Below are positions 12,382-25,500 of a stretch of 64,000 bases of DNA, piece after piece (the first letter of the stretch is position 1; every line of letters begins with the position of its first letter). This DNA comes from Octopus sinensis (Eukaryota), in the NCBI RefSeq assembly GCF_006345805.1, contig NC_042999.1:128154001-128218000 (forward strand), read 5' to 3'. The translations under genes were made by a program, and so were the position numbers. The notes under the pieces are model-generated. The model made no database searches. It was not told the origin of the DNA and saw only the letters and a program-made list of their open reading frames with translations.

Positions 12382-14778
12382 ATACTTACAATCTTTATTT
12401 TTTGTATTTTATTTATAGACTGCTTTTAAAATGTTAAAAACAAAATTTAAAATGATTAAATGTACAAAAACTTTGAGAGAATGTATAAATTTGTTTTTTT
12501 GGAAATTTATTCTATCACAAGAACAATGAATATATTCCAAGGAGGCCATTTTCATGAAAACTTCATAATAAACTGTCATGGCCAAATATATAATTTTAAA
12601 GATGTTTTTTGTCTGATTATGTAATTTAAGTACTTGTTTTGTTTTAAAACTTAGCTGACAAAAAAGTAGTTACTTTTTTTCAATTGCAAATTCTTTATTT
12701 ATAACTGTGGTTTGGAGAATAGTTGTACTAATTCTAAAATGTCAAAGAGTCACCACAAGTCTTTTTTTTTTCTTGAAATTTCTCTTGTTGATTCCCTCCA
12801 GTAGAATGTTAAAAAATAAAAATAAATTAAAAAGAGAACGTTTATCAACTCCCACCAAAATTTGGAGATGACTTTCCAGTTTCCAACCCTAAAGTTTCAG
12901 AAGACGTATATAAATTATCACTCATAACCTCTATTATAAACACAATCATATTTTTAAATATATATTATCACGCAAAACTTTTCACAGAAACTTACACACA
13001 TTCTTATTTTATCTGAAGAGAAAAATCTGCAATCATTGGTGATTTTGTACATTCTTCCAGGAAAAGGTGAGACCTATTGACTTCTTTCTTGAATAAAATA
13101 TTCTCCAAATCTCCATTTTCTGCAGTATTATTATTTCTAATAAAAAACTTGGCTTAATTCTCCTCTATGTACCCCAAACTTTATAGATTAAGCTGCTGCT
13201 TGTTGTTCTTCTTTACTAGCTCTACTTTATATCCTGTTAAGAGTTAGTTGAATATGTACTAGTAACACACTGGGGCTGGTTCAATCAATTCTATCCCTGC
13301 CTTATAAATAATAGTCATATTTGTAGCCAAAAGAAATCAATATTACAATGGAAGTCCACTGAGTAGCAGAAACAGTAGAGCAGTTTTATTGATGTTGTGG
13401 TTTCTGAGGTGCCCATGGATGTTATTAGCCAACAAAAAATTTCTGAGATGCAAATCTGAGCAAGCTCAACTAAATGATAAATTTTCAACCTTGAATTCAA
13501 ATTCTAAATCTTGATTCTGACTAATGAAGAGCAGGTAATACTCATGAACTTTACAAATTCATTTTTCGGTTGGTTGACTGGAGGGAAAAAATAGACAAGG
13601 CAGGAGGAAGAGAGTTATTCTAGAGTGATACAGTTCTATAAATATCATAAAATACATCTTCAGTGTTTAAGATCTCTGAAACAGCTGTAGGGAACAAATT
13701 ATGAATCAAAGATGAATTTTAGGCTTCTCTACTATTCTAAATTTGTTACTCTCAACTATCATTTTACCTGATTCTGTATATGCATACAAGTTTATTCTAC
13801 CAATTAGAGTTACAGTTCTTTGAAAGAAGAATTGTATGAAATATTTAAGTTGTTGGGATTTGTTGAGTGAAGCAAAATAAGGATGGTGAGAAGTAGATAT
13901 GATTGATTAAAGTTCTTTCAAGGCTGTGCTCTATCATGGCTGTAGTGTAATGTTTAAAACAAGTTGAAGAATATCAGAAGTCTATATTCTGAATAGAGAC
14001 ATAAACAAGCCATTGATATTGTCATATGTAGTTGATGATTGCCACAATAGACAAAGGATGAAAGATATGAGACGATGGTAGTTCAGTTGGGTTCAAGCTG
14101 CATATAATGAATGCACAACACTCATGAACAATTAACAGAATTTTATTTTACTGCACAAATACTTTGCATGTTGGGTAATGAATTAAAAATTGCAACAACA
14201 AGGTTTACACACTAGAAGGACAATTATGTAGCTCTTACAAATAATTGCTTAAAAAGGCTCTGTAACCGAACTGCCAAGACAGGAGAAAATATACATACTG
14301 GGTTCATGTTGATAAACTGTAGCTGCATGTTTAGGTTGAGTAACAGTTGTGATAACAACTCTTAAAAGTAGCAGAATGAGTATGTGGTTAGCTTAGTTGA
14401 TGGCAACTACACACTGAAGTTTGGTGCTCAAAACATGCCTATTTATATGCCTAGTTAGGGGAATATTCTGGAGGCTTCTAGATGGATGCATCATGTGATA
14501 TCTGGCTGCTAGTTGGTCCATAACTCAGCTGATCACATGGAAAATCTGTTACTAGACCATAATTTTAACTTGTCTCCATATCTGCTCACTTGAATTCCTC
14601 TTATAGCCACTCTTTACTCCATTGACTTGGTCCATGGTAAAGGTCTTGGTGTGTTAATTCAAATCTTTTGAGCACTACTAAGTGTTTCTTATATAGAGAT
14701 TCTCTCGATCTCATTTGTTAACTCTACACACACACATGTGTGTGTGTGTGTGTGTGTGTATATACATATACACATACA

Positions 14779-15162
14779 TGGTTGTGTGGTAAGAGACTTA
14801 TGGTTCAGGATTCAGTCCCACTGTGTGACACTTTGGGCAAGTGTCTTCTACTATAGCCTTTGGCCAACCAAATCTTTGCGAGTGGATTTGGTAGACAGAA
14901 ACTGAAAGAAGACTATGGCATATATGTTTATGTATACATCTATGTTTGTCACTGTGTCTGTGTTTATCTTCCACCACCACTTGACAACCAGTAGTGGTGT
15001 GTTTATGTCCCTCTAACTTAGCAGTTTTGCCAAAAAGCCAGATGGAATAAGTATGAGGTTTCAAAAAATAAGTCTTACGGTTGATTTGTTTGACTAAAAC
15101 ACTTCAAGGCAATTCCCCAGCATGGCTTCAATCAAATGACTGGAATAAGTAAAAGGTAAAAG
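14779..15162 (+). mobile_element. tRNA-derived SINE, family A (also 5455-5800 +, 16790-16950 +, 18275-18430 +, 23055-23165 -, 44115-44190 -)
   Basis: Shared gtgtggtaag...gggcaagtgtcttctactatagcc...gtggatttggtagacggaaactgaaagaag body and ...cagcatggc...caaatgactgaaacaagtaaaag tail across copies. Confidence 0.8.
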
Positions 15163-15185
15163 ATACATACACACATATATATAGT

Positions 15186-15480
15186 GAAGACTCACGGCCC
15201 AGTGGTTAGAGCATTGGACTTACAATTGAGAGGTTATGAGTTTGATTCCCAGCTGGGTTGTGTGTTGTGTTCTTGAGCAAGACAATTTATTTCACATTGC
15301 TCCTGTTCACTCAGTTGCAGCAACACTGGTGCCAAGCTGTATCAGCCTTTGGAAAGTGTGGAGAGAGGAGCCTGGTATGCATGAGTGACTGCTGGTCATC
15401 CATAAATAATCTTGCCCAGACTTGTGGCTTGGAGGGGAAGTTTCTAGGTGCAATCTCAATGTCATTCATGATCTGAGGGG
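15186..15480 (+). mobile_element. tRNA-derived SINE, family B with CORE-like body (also 175-330 -, 1085-1270 -, 55262-55420 +)
   Basis: A-box cggcccagtggttagagc, B-box-like gagtttgattccc, then gtgttgtgttcttgagcaagaca...ttgctcc...cactcag. Confidence 0.75.
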
Positions 15481-15508
15481 ATCCTATATATATGTATATA
15501 TATATTTA

Positions 15509-16778
15509 TTGGGTCATCCATAAATATTGTGTTTTTTCAATCGCATGAACTAAAAGTCAGAGAGTGACAGGATAAACTACCTTCAACTTGCTATAAAAGC
15601 AGGTAGTAATTTTACCTTGTATTTATTCTTAGTGCAAGTTTTGAAGAGTGCAGTTTGATTTTAACAGTTATTTTTTCAAAGCTATAAATGGAAGTGAGAA
15701 AAGAATATATTTGGTATATTTTGCTTTATGTGTTCAATAATGGCAACAATGCAATGGAAAGAGCGAGGAATATTAAATGAGGTATATGGGGATTGGACAA
15801 AATGCATAAGCCAGTGTTAACAGTAGTTCCAGAAATTCCGAACCGGTAACTACAGCCTAGAAGATGAAACATCCTGGAAGATCTGTAGAGCTCAACGAGA
15901 ACGTCCTGCAAACCCTGGTGGAACAATACTCATAACTGCTGAGGAACTAGCAGAGAAGCTTGGTTTTGGTCATTCAACCATTCATTGACACCTGTGTGCC
16001 ATTGGAAAAGTCAGCAGCTTGGATCAATGGATTCCTCATAAACTTCCCAAGTCTAAGCATGCACAGAGAGATTGTGTACTCTTCTTTGCTGTTATGTTTC
16101 ATGAATGAACCTTTTTTGGACTGAATAGTGACTGATGACGAGAAATGGGTTTTCTATAAAAATGTCAGGTGCTGGAAACAATGGGTAGGGAAAGGAGAAA
16201 CACCAGCACCCCAGGCTAAAGAAGGCCTTCACCCATGTAAATTGTTGTTATCTGTTTGGTGAGATATGAAAGGTTTAGTCCACTTTGAATTCTTAAACCC
16301 AAACTAAACAATAACAAAGGAGATCTACTGTGAGCAGCTTAAGTTAGCACTAGAAGAAAAATGACCATCTTTGGTTTTAAGTTGAAAAGTGTTCTTCCAT
16401 CAGGATAATGCTTGGCCATATACAGTGAGAATGACATTCCAAAGGCTAGAGCAGTTTGAATGAGAAATGATGCCCTACCCACCAGATTCACCAGACATTG
16501 CCCCATCTGATTATCATTTATTCTGCAGTCTTCAAAATCATTTGGACGGAGAAAATATGAATTCTGTAGATGAGGCCAGAACTATACTGGAGGAGTATTT
16601 TTCATTGTGGACACGTGAATTTTGGAAGAGGGGGCCTTACAAGTCTACTAGATAGATGGAAGAGCATTGTGAAAAATGAAGTAGAGTATATTTTAGATTT
16701 AAAAGGAACTTTGTTTACCTTAATTTTGAAAAATAAAAGAAGTATTAAAAAAACCACATTATTTATGAGATGACCCAA
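15509..16778 (+). mobile_element. Full-length but inactivated DD34D mariner (1270 bp)
   Basis: TIRs TTGGGTCATC(T)CATAAATA at both ends with TA duplication. WIPHKL, VTDDEKW, HQDNAW and PDSPDIAPSDYHLF give D-34-D spacing. Multiple stops and frameshifts. Confidence 0.92.
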
Positions 16779-17109
16779 TATATATAGGTGCAGATGTGAC
16801 TCTGTGGTAAGAAGCTTGTTTCCCAACCACATGGCTCAGAGTTCAATCCCACTGAGTGACACTACAGGCAAATGTCTTCTGCTATAGCCTTGGGCAAACC
16901 TAAGCCATTTGAGTGGATTTGGTAGATGGAAACTGAAAGAAGCCTATCGTATATATATATATATATATATATATAGTTCAAATTGTGAATTATTGTGAAT
17001 TATGAACCTAACAAGTATCTCATTCATTAATTAAGAGGCTTCGTTTGTAGAATCTCATTTCAGAAATCCTTTCAAAGTTTTATCAATGTTTCTATAGTTA
17101 TAAAATAAA

Positions 17110-17700
17110 TTTTGTGAATAATAAATAAGCCTCTTCAAGTCAGCATTTCCTGCTTCTATATATGTCTTCTTTGGAATTTCTTTTCTGTTAGTTCCTTTCA
17201 CATGAATCTCCTGGTAGTCCTTTATCCATCTGTATTCATTCATATATATTATGTATCTGGATAGTCATCTCTTTTGCACATTGCATCTGATTCCTGTTAC
17301 ACTCAGATTTCTATCAGCTAATCTGTGCTTCATCATTCATGCATTTTGACATTACACATCCAGAATATCATGCTTGCTTTATTTCTTTCCAACTTCAAAC
17401 ACATCCTCTGCATTCTCCCCATGTCTTTCTGTCGTGTAGCATTGCAGTTTGTATTCACATATTGTATAATCAATCCTTTGCTTGAAGTAAGAGACTCCTT
17501 GTTGTCAGCAAAGGTAATCATTGCCTGAAAATTTTCCTTCTTTATTCTTGATCTGACTGCTTTGATTTCGGAAACACCTTCCTCCTCTTGTTTAGGTTGC
17601 CTAGGTAGTAGAAGCTATAAGCTACTTCTATAGAGCCTTCTGAGCATTTATATATTTCACTGATGTTCTCACTGCTAACTATTTCTGTGCATCTATAACA
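17110..17700 (-). mobile_element. Old degenerate RTE LINE fragment of the same lineage
   Basis: Broken peptides IEVAYSFYYLG, LERNKASMIFWMCNV and RKEIPKKTYIEAGNADL align to LEIVDSFRYLG, LARNEASMLxWMCNV and RGRPRKTWDEVVKHDL of the 19-22 kb copy. Confidence 0.8.
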
Positions 17701-18237
17701 GACAATATATACATGCATATACATGTGTGTGTGCATGCGCATATGTGTATGTATTTTCACATGTAAGAATGCATGGAAGGATAGTTTTACTTTAATCCTG
17801 TAGTGTTTGTAGTCTCTAGCAATCTTGTTTATTTTATTTTTCTATTTTAATTATTTTTAGCTTGTTGCCATTTTAAAAGCTTTAAACACTTAGAGAATAG
17901 CACTTGTATCGCACAAGTGCTTGTCAATATAATATTTGTTATGTTGGTCCACTTTGCATTCCATTTCTTTTTTCAGTATCAGTCAAGAATGGAACCACAT
18001 ATAGATGACAGAACTATTGTTGCAGTGGTTAAGGTTTCATGTGCATATGTGGCAATAGAATATCACTACTTTCATAGTTTCCTCACTCATCAGGGCACAT
18101 TGAATACATAGTATATGTAGGAGCAGTTTCAATTCTCCAGTAACCCATATAGCTACTTCCTCCATTGAAATCGGTCAGTGTGTAGGAGGTGGTATTTTAC
18201 TCTATGGTAGAGTAAAAGCTACCATTTATGTATATAC

Positions 18238-18277
<40 letters not shown>

Positions 18278-18987
18278 TGTGTGGTTAAGAAACTGGTTTT
18301 GCAACCACATGGTCTCTGGTTCTGTTCCATTGTATTGCACTTGGAAAAGTGTCTCCTATCATAGTTTTAGGCCAACCAATGCCATGCAAATGAATTTGGT
18401 AGACAAAAACTGTATGGGAGCCTTTCATATATATACTAACTTAAAAGCCACACTCCATGTGGACTTTTAAGCTAGCTCCTGTGGCGGGCGAATAGCGCTT
18501 GCTGCCCAAGACTAAAGACTGTGGCGGGCTAATAGCACTTGCAGCCTAAGACTATAATACATCTATAATGACTATTGCCCCAGTGGTGTTTGATCAGAGG
18601 TTAAGGAAAGATGAGAATTATTTCTGTAATGCAATCATTCTATTGTTCCAGTCCCAAGTTGAATTCCAACTGTTGGCCAGTTTGTCCTGAAGTTCTTATC
18701 TCAATTTAAAATTAACAAAGCATATGTCATATATTTCTCCCCTTGATCTTTGACATCATCTAACAACTGCCAACCAAAATAGCATGAATCAGCCAAGCTT
18801 TACTTGCTAGAAATAGCAACCCAAATGCTTTTAAATCAGATCCCAATGCTGGATGTTCAAGAACTAAATGAAGGGCAAATTTTGAATCCCAGGATCATCC
18901 TGATTCCAAAAAGGTATATTAAGTCTGTGTAGAGCAAATGTAGACTGAGATACAGGGGTCCCAGCTGCACTGAATTTTGTGTTTATT

Positions 18988-18988
<1 letters not shown>

Positions 18989-19018
<30 letters not shown>

Positions 19019-22000
19019 GTTTAGCGTCCGTTTTCCATGCTAGCATGGGTTGGACGGTTCTACTGGGGTCTGTGAAGCCAGAAGGCTTCATCAGGCCCAG
19101 TCAAATCTGGCAGTGTTTCTACGGCTGGATGCCCTTCCTAACGCCAACCACTCCGAGAGTGTAGTGGGTGCTTTTTACGTGCCACCCGCACAGGTGCCAG
19201 ACAGAGCTGGCAAAATGGCCACGAACGGATGGTGCTTTTTATGTGCCACCAGCACGAGGGCCAGGCGAGGCTGGCAACGGACACGAAACGGGGCGGTGCT
19301 GGCAACGGTCGCGAAACGGAGGGTTCTCTTACATGCCACCGGCACTGGCAACACATCTGCAATTTCCATTGATCGATTTCAATTCTGATCCTCACTTGCC
19401 TCAACGGGTCTTCACAAGTAGAGTTTCGACATGCCACCGGCACTGGTAACACATCTGCAATTTCCATTGATCGATTTCGATTCTGATCCTCACTTGCCTC
19501 AACAGGTCTTCACAAGTAGAGTTTTGTGTCTCAAGAAGGGAAGGTATGCATACGTAGGCCGGCTCCATCCCATGTAGAAGGCCACGGGTTATGGACTCAC
19601 TTGTCCTGCCGGGTCTTCTCGCGCACAGCACACTTCCAGAGGACTCGGTCGCTAGTCATTTCCTCAGTGAGACCTAAAGTTCAAAGGTCGTGCTTCACCA
19701 CCTCGTCCCAGGTTTTCCTGGGTCTGCCTCTTCCACAGGTTCCCTCAACCGCTAGGGTGTGGCACTTTTTCACACAACTATCTTCATCCATTCTCGCCAC
19801 ATGACCATACCAGCGCAAACGTCTCTCTTGCACACCACAACTGATGCTTCTTAGGTCCAAATTTTCTCTCAAGGTACTTACACTCTGCCGAGTATGAGTA
19901 CTGACATTACACATCCATCAGAGCATACTGGCTTCATTTCTTGCGAGCTTACGCATATCCTCAGCAGTCACAGCCCATGTTTCACTGCCATGTAGCATGG
20001 CTGTTCGTACACACGCATCATACAGTCTGCCTTTCACTCTGTGCGAGAGGCCTTTTGTCACCAGCGGAGGTAAGAGCTCTCTGAACTTTGCCCAAGCTAT
20101 TCTTACTCTAGCAGTTACACTTTCAGCACACCCACCCCCGCTGCTGACTTGGTCACCTAGGTAACGGAAACTATCAACTATTTCTAGTTTTTCTCCCTGG
20201 AAAGTGACGGAAGTTGGTCTCAGAGCATTTTCAGTGTTTATTGTTCCTGAGCATCTACCACATACAAAAACCATCTTCCTAGTTAGCCTTCCTTTGACAT
20301 TGATGCACCTCTTATGTGTCCATAGCTTACACTTGGTGCATCTTATAGAGTTTCTACCTACACCTTTTCTACAGATCGAGCAGGGCCATCTACCTGAAGG
20401 TGTTTGTGATTTGTCTACCTTCCTACTGATTATGACTTTGGTTTTAGCTAGGTTGACTCTGAGGCCCTTTGATTCTAATCCTTGTTTCCACACCTGAAAC
20501 TTCTCCTCCAGTTCTGATAGCGACTCAGCAATTAGAGCAAGGTCATCAGCATAGAGGAGCTCCCAAGGGCATCCTGTCTTGAATTCCTCCGTTATTGCCT
20601 GGAGGACTATGATAAATAGGAGGGGGCTGAGTACTGAGCCTTGGTGGACCCCTACCTCTACCCGGAATTCTTCACTGTACTCGTTTCCAACCCTCACCCT
20701 ACTAGCAGCGTCCCTATACATGGCCCGCACAGCTCTCACTAACCATTCATCTATCCCTAGTTTCCTCATTGCCCACCAGATAAGGGATCGGGGGACCCTG
20801 TCGAAGGCTTTCTCCATGTCAACAAAAGCCAGCTACAGGGGCTTATCTTTGGCTAGGTATTTCTCCTGCAGCTGCCTTACCAGGAATATAGCATCAGTAG
20901 TACTTTTCCCTGGCACAAACCCAAACTGCATCTCATCTAAACTAACTCTCTCTCTAATCAGTTGGGCTATGACCCTCTCCGTAACCTTCATCACCTGATC
21001 CAACAGCTTGATACCTCTGTAGTTATTTGTATCTAGGGCGTCACCTTTACCTTTGTAGCAGTTGACTATTATGCTGCTACACCAGTCATTGGGTATGACT
21101 CCTTTGTGTATCACCTGATTAACTATACGGGTGACTAGGCTATAGCCGACACTACCAGACATTTTGAGCATCTCTGCAGTGATTCCTGATGGGCCTGGGG
21201 CTTTCCCTGTCTTCATGCTTCTAATTGCCTTAGCTACCACGGAACTATCAACTTGGATAGCTGGTCCCTCTGTTGGGTCAACATTCGGCAGACTCTCTTT
21301 ATCCCATTCATTTTCTTTATTCAGCAACCTTTCATAGTGGCATCTCCAAACCTCTCTCTTTGCATCCTCATTTAGCGCAAGTGAACCATCTTCCATGCGA
21401 ACACACTTCTCTCCTACCACATCACGATTCTCTCTCACACACTGTCTTGCAACGCGAAGCACCTCCAGTCTTTGGTCCTCACGGCGCAGAACATTGGCAA
21501 ATTTTTTCTTATCTGCTTCCCCTCTGGCTAAATAAACCTGTCTCCTAGCTTCTCTTTTGGCAGTCTGATACAATTCCCTGCTACCCCCATTTTTCCAGAC
21601 CTTCCAAGCCTGTCTCTTTTCTCTAATAGCCCTGTCTACAATAGTGTTCCACCACCACGTTATTCTAGGTCGAGAGGGGACTTTGCACCAGCCACAGATC
21701 TGGTCAGTGGCTCTCAGCAGGTTGTCCCTTAGATATGTCCAGCTGTTTTCTACCCCCTGTGATGCTCTATCCCCTTCTACTTCGTCAGAGGCTTCAAGTA
21801 ATATGTCCCTAAATCTCTGTCCATTTGCAGGATCTTTAAGCTTCCAGATCCTTCTTCTCCATATTGGTCGTCTTCTGGTTGTCCTCCTAGTCCTGATCCT
21901 AAAGTCACTAACTACCAGTCTATGTTGTGGGGTACATTCTTCACCTGGGAAGGTTTTGGCATTTATAAGCAGCCATCTCTCCCTTTGCCTTGCAAGGATG

Positions 22001-22296
22001 TAGTCAATTTGGCTGGTATGTTGGCCCGATCGGTAAGTGACTAGGTGGCTGGTAGGTTTCCTGAAGTTAGTGTTGCAAATCATAAGATTATTTGCATCAC
22101 AGAACTCCAGCAGCCTGGTTCCCTCCTCGTTGCGGGAGCCATAGCCATAGCCTCCATGTACGCCATGGAAGCCCCCAGCATGTCGTCCAACGTGACCATT
22201 GAAGTCACCAGCCACAAAGATAAGGTCTCTGTCGTTCGTCAACGAGGTAGTCTGCAGTAGAGTGTCATAGAATCGGTCTTTCTGTCCATCGGGTAG
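18989..22296 (-). mobile_element. 5'-truncated RTE-clade LINE: partial APE endonuclease, RT, PHD-like finger, 3'UTR and (ATG)n tail
   Basis: APE motifs GDFNGHVG, SQIDYIL and PQHRLV. RT motifs QFGF, DMEKAFD, GVHQGSVLSP, LLYADD and FRYLG. C-terminal RRLRWYGHV and GRGRPRKTW. One frame runs 22296-19597 with three in-frame stops. A trinucleotide tail is typical of RTE elements. Confidence 0.95.
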
Positions 22297-22419
22297 CAGA
22301 TATATATATGGGGGTGGGGTCTTTGTGTTTGTCCCCTTCAATTTGTTTTATTAAATTCCTCAAGGTTATGCCCCAGCTTTGCCACAGTCCAATAGCTGAA
22401 ACAAGTAAATGATAAGAAA

Positions 22420-22995
22420 TGTAAAATATATTTTAACATCCATTTTTCCATGTTTGCATAAGTAGGGCAGAATTCATTGAAACAGATTTTTTTTTCTTTG
22501 GCTGGATGCTCTTCTTGTCCTTACCAGCCCTCACCTGTTTCCAAGTAAGGTAATATTTCCCCTTGGCCTAACATGTTTTCACAGACTATTGGAAGTGAAT
22601 GACACTGTTTGCATGATTGACAGTCAGTTACAACTATCACATGATGCCAAGACAAGAAGACAAAATACACATACACACACAACCTTATAGAGGAGATGTC
22701 AAGGGACTGAGATATCTGGTACCTTGCTGTACTCAAGAAGACTCATCATCCACAACAGAGTGTTAATTCTTCTCCTCCCCACAAAGAAGAGGATAGGCCT
22801 GCAAGAGACCTGTGCCAATGGTGTAAAAAGCATTTGTGCGGGTACCACGTAAACGCATTTGTGCCTGTGCCATGTTAAAAACACCCAGCACACACTGTAA
22901 AGTGGTTGGCATTAGAAAGGGCAGCCCATCATAGAAAACAAGCCAAAATCAACTCTGGTCAAACTGTACAAACCATGCTAATATGGAAAACAGTC
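22420..22995 (+). mobile_element. Degenerate RTE-tail-related repeats ending in gatgatgatga
   Basis: gtggttggcattagaaagggcagc...ccatgctaatatggaaaac...gatgatgatga is the reverse complement of the RTE tail at 18989-19160. Confidence 0.6.
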
Positions 22996-23315
22996 ATTAA
23001 AGGATGATGATGATACACACACACACACGCACACACACACATACACATACAATAGTATTCTTTCAATTTCTGTCAGCAAAATTCATTTTAAAGTTTTGGT
23101 CAGCCCAGGGCTATAGTAGAAGACATTTATCCTGGATCTAGATATGTGGTTGGGATGCAATATCTTATGACAGTCATGCCATATAAATGTACGTATATAT
23201 ATATATATATATGAATATGTATACATACGTACTTGCTGACATTCACTTCAGGTAGTTCATTGTACACACCTATATGGAATACTTAAATGCTGCAAAACAG
23301 AAACTTTATCACAAA

Positions 23316-23702
23316 CTAGTAGTATTGCCCGTCATTGCTCGGGTTTGTTTCGATCCTTTAGAATTGGAATTTTTGAAAAGTAAAAATTTTGCATTATGTA
23401 GCTTGTTATTCTGTTTAAGTGAACATTTTTCTGGTTGAAATACACCGAAAAACGGTGACACTTCAGTCAAAAAATCATAAAAAATAGGGCTTTTCATAGA
23501 AAAAAACGCACCGTTTTGGTGTAAATAATTGGTCTTAACATGGTCTGATTTGAATTTATCTTCTCCGGAATGAAGAGCAAGCCTTCTTCTATCATACTCT
23601 CAATTTTGGTCAACTTGCACTGCAGGGTCTTGCAGGAGATAGTGTTAGTTGAACGCTACCAAACCTGCCACACACAGACAACTTCAGCTTTATATATATA
23701 GA
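23316..23702 (-). mobile_element. Non-autonomous Helitron (387 bp)
   Basis: On the - strand: A|TCTATATATATAAAG 5' end, and a 3' end ccgagcaatgacgggcaatactaCTAG|T with a GC-rich subterminal hairpin. Inserted between A and T with no TSD. Confidence 0.75.
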
Positions 23703-23999
23703 TTACAAAACAAAATTTGATTAAATAAATACAAAACACAAGAGAGATTTTAGTCTGCTTAGTTTTATTATATTACTTCTTACATAAAAAAAAAGCACAA
23801 GTAACAAATCCCTATTAACTGGTTTTGAACATTCGCAGTCCTTATACAATGCTTATTATTTCTGGCTACCTATATTTGGCAAAGCCATAATTTTCTAAGA
23901 CTCCATGAAGAAACAAATCTACTTGAACCAGTCAAAACTATATATTCAAAATTAAATTTCTTGTATGACATTTTCATCATATATACATAAATACATACA

Positions 24000-24672
<673 letters not shown>

Positions 24673-25353
24673 ATACATTTGTCCATGTGATATGGCACAT
24701 ATGCAAAATTTCCACATGAAGTGATGAATAAGATATATCCTGGCACTAGCCTTTGCACTTGATAAGAAAATAATAACTTGTACCACTGGAAAACAAAATC
24801 TGTATTTGCTAAATTCAATACAGGGATATGTTTAAGTGTATTGCAAAACAACAACAGCAATAACAACAACAATGATTGCTGGAGATGATTCTTTTCCCCA
24901 CCTTCATTTTTTGAGGGGACAGGTTTCTAAAAATAAAATGAATTTTGAAATTCAAAGTCATTGTTATTTTGTATTTTGTTCTTATGATTTTATTTACTTT
25001 TTTGTTTACAACAATGAAGAAATATTTTCTTTTTTTCTTTTTAAAACAACAAATAAACAACTTCATTTAAGATGCTACTGCATAATCAAAATTTTCTTAT
25101 GCATTTATTTACCCTGCAGTCACCACCCATTAAAACTGGAACAAATTTCCCTTACATAGAGAGATGACTATATATATCATCATGGATTCTCCTATCATTA
25201 GTCAGTGTTATGAGGTTCTGCAATTTCTTAATGAACAATGTTTGTGTGTGTGTGTGTTTTGTTTTTAATTATTTGAAATCTTCTGAGTGGGGAGCTGGCT
25301 TCTAACAAAGATACAAAGCTGTCGTGGGAATTATGCATGCCTGCATGAATCTA

Positions 25354-25500
25354 GGTATGTATGTATGTATGTATGTATGTATGTATGTATGTATGTATGT
25401 ATGTATGTATGTATGTATGTATGTATGTATGTATGTTTGTATGTATGTATGTATGTATGTATGTATGTATGCATGTATGCATGTATGTATGTATGTATGT
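25354..25500. repeat. (ATGT)n microsatellite
   Basis: Directly visible. Confidence 0.95.

Noticed and set aside
20562-20571. Second COE-like site TCCCAAGGGC
   Set aside because: Imperfect match that lies inside the LINE coding sequence.
18970-22320. Target-site duplication for the RTE insertion
   Set aside because: No matching sequence was found between the two flanks.
24716-24785. - strand exon candidate WYKLLFSYQVQRLVPGYILFITS
   Set aside because: Good acceptor but no credible donor and no recognised product.
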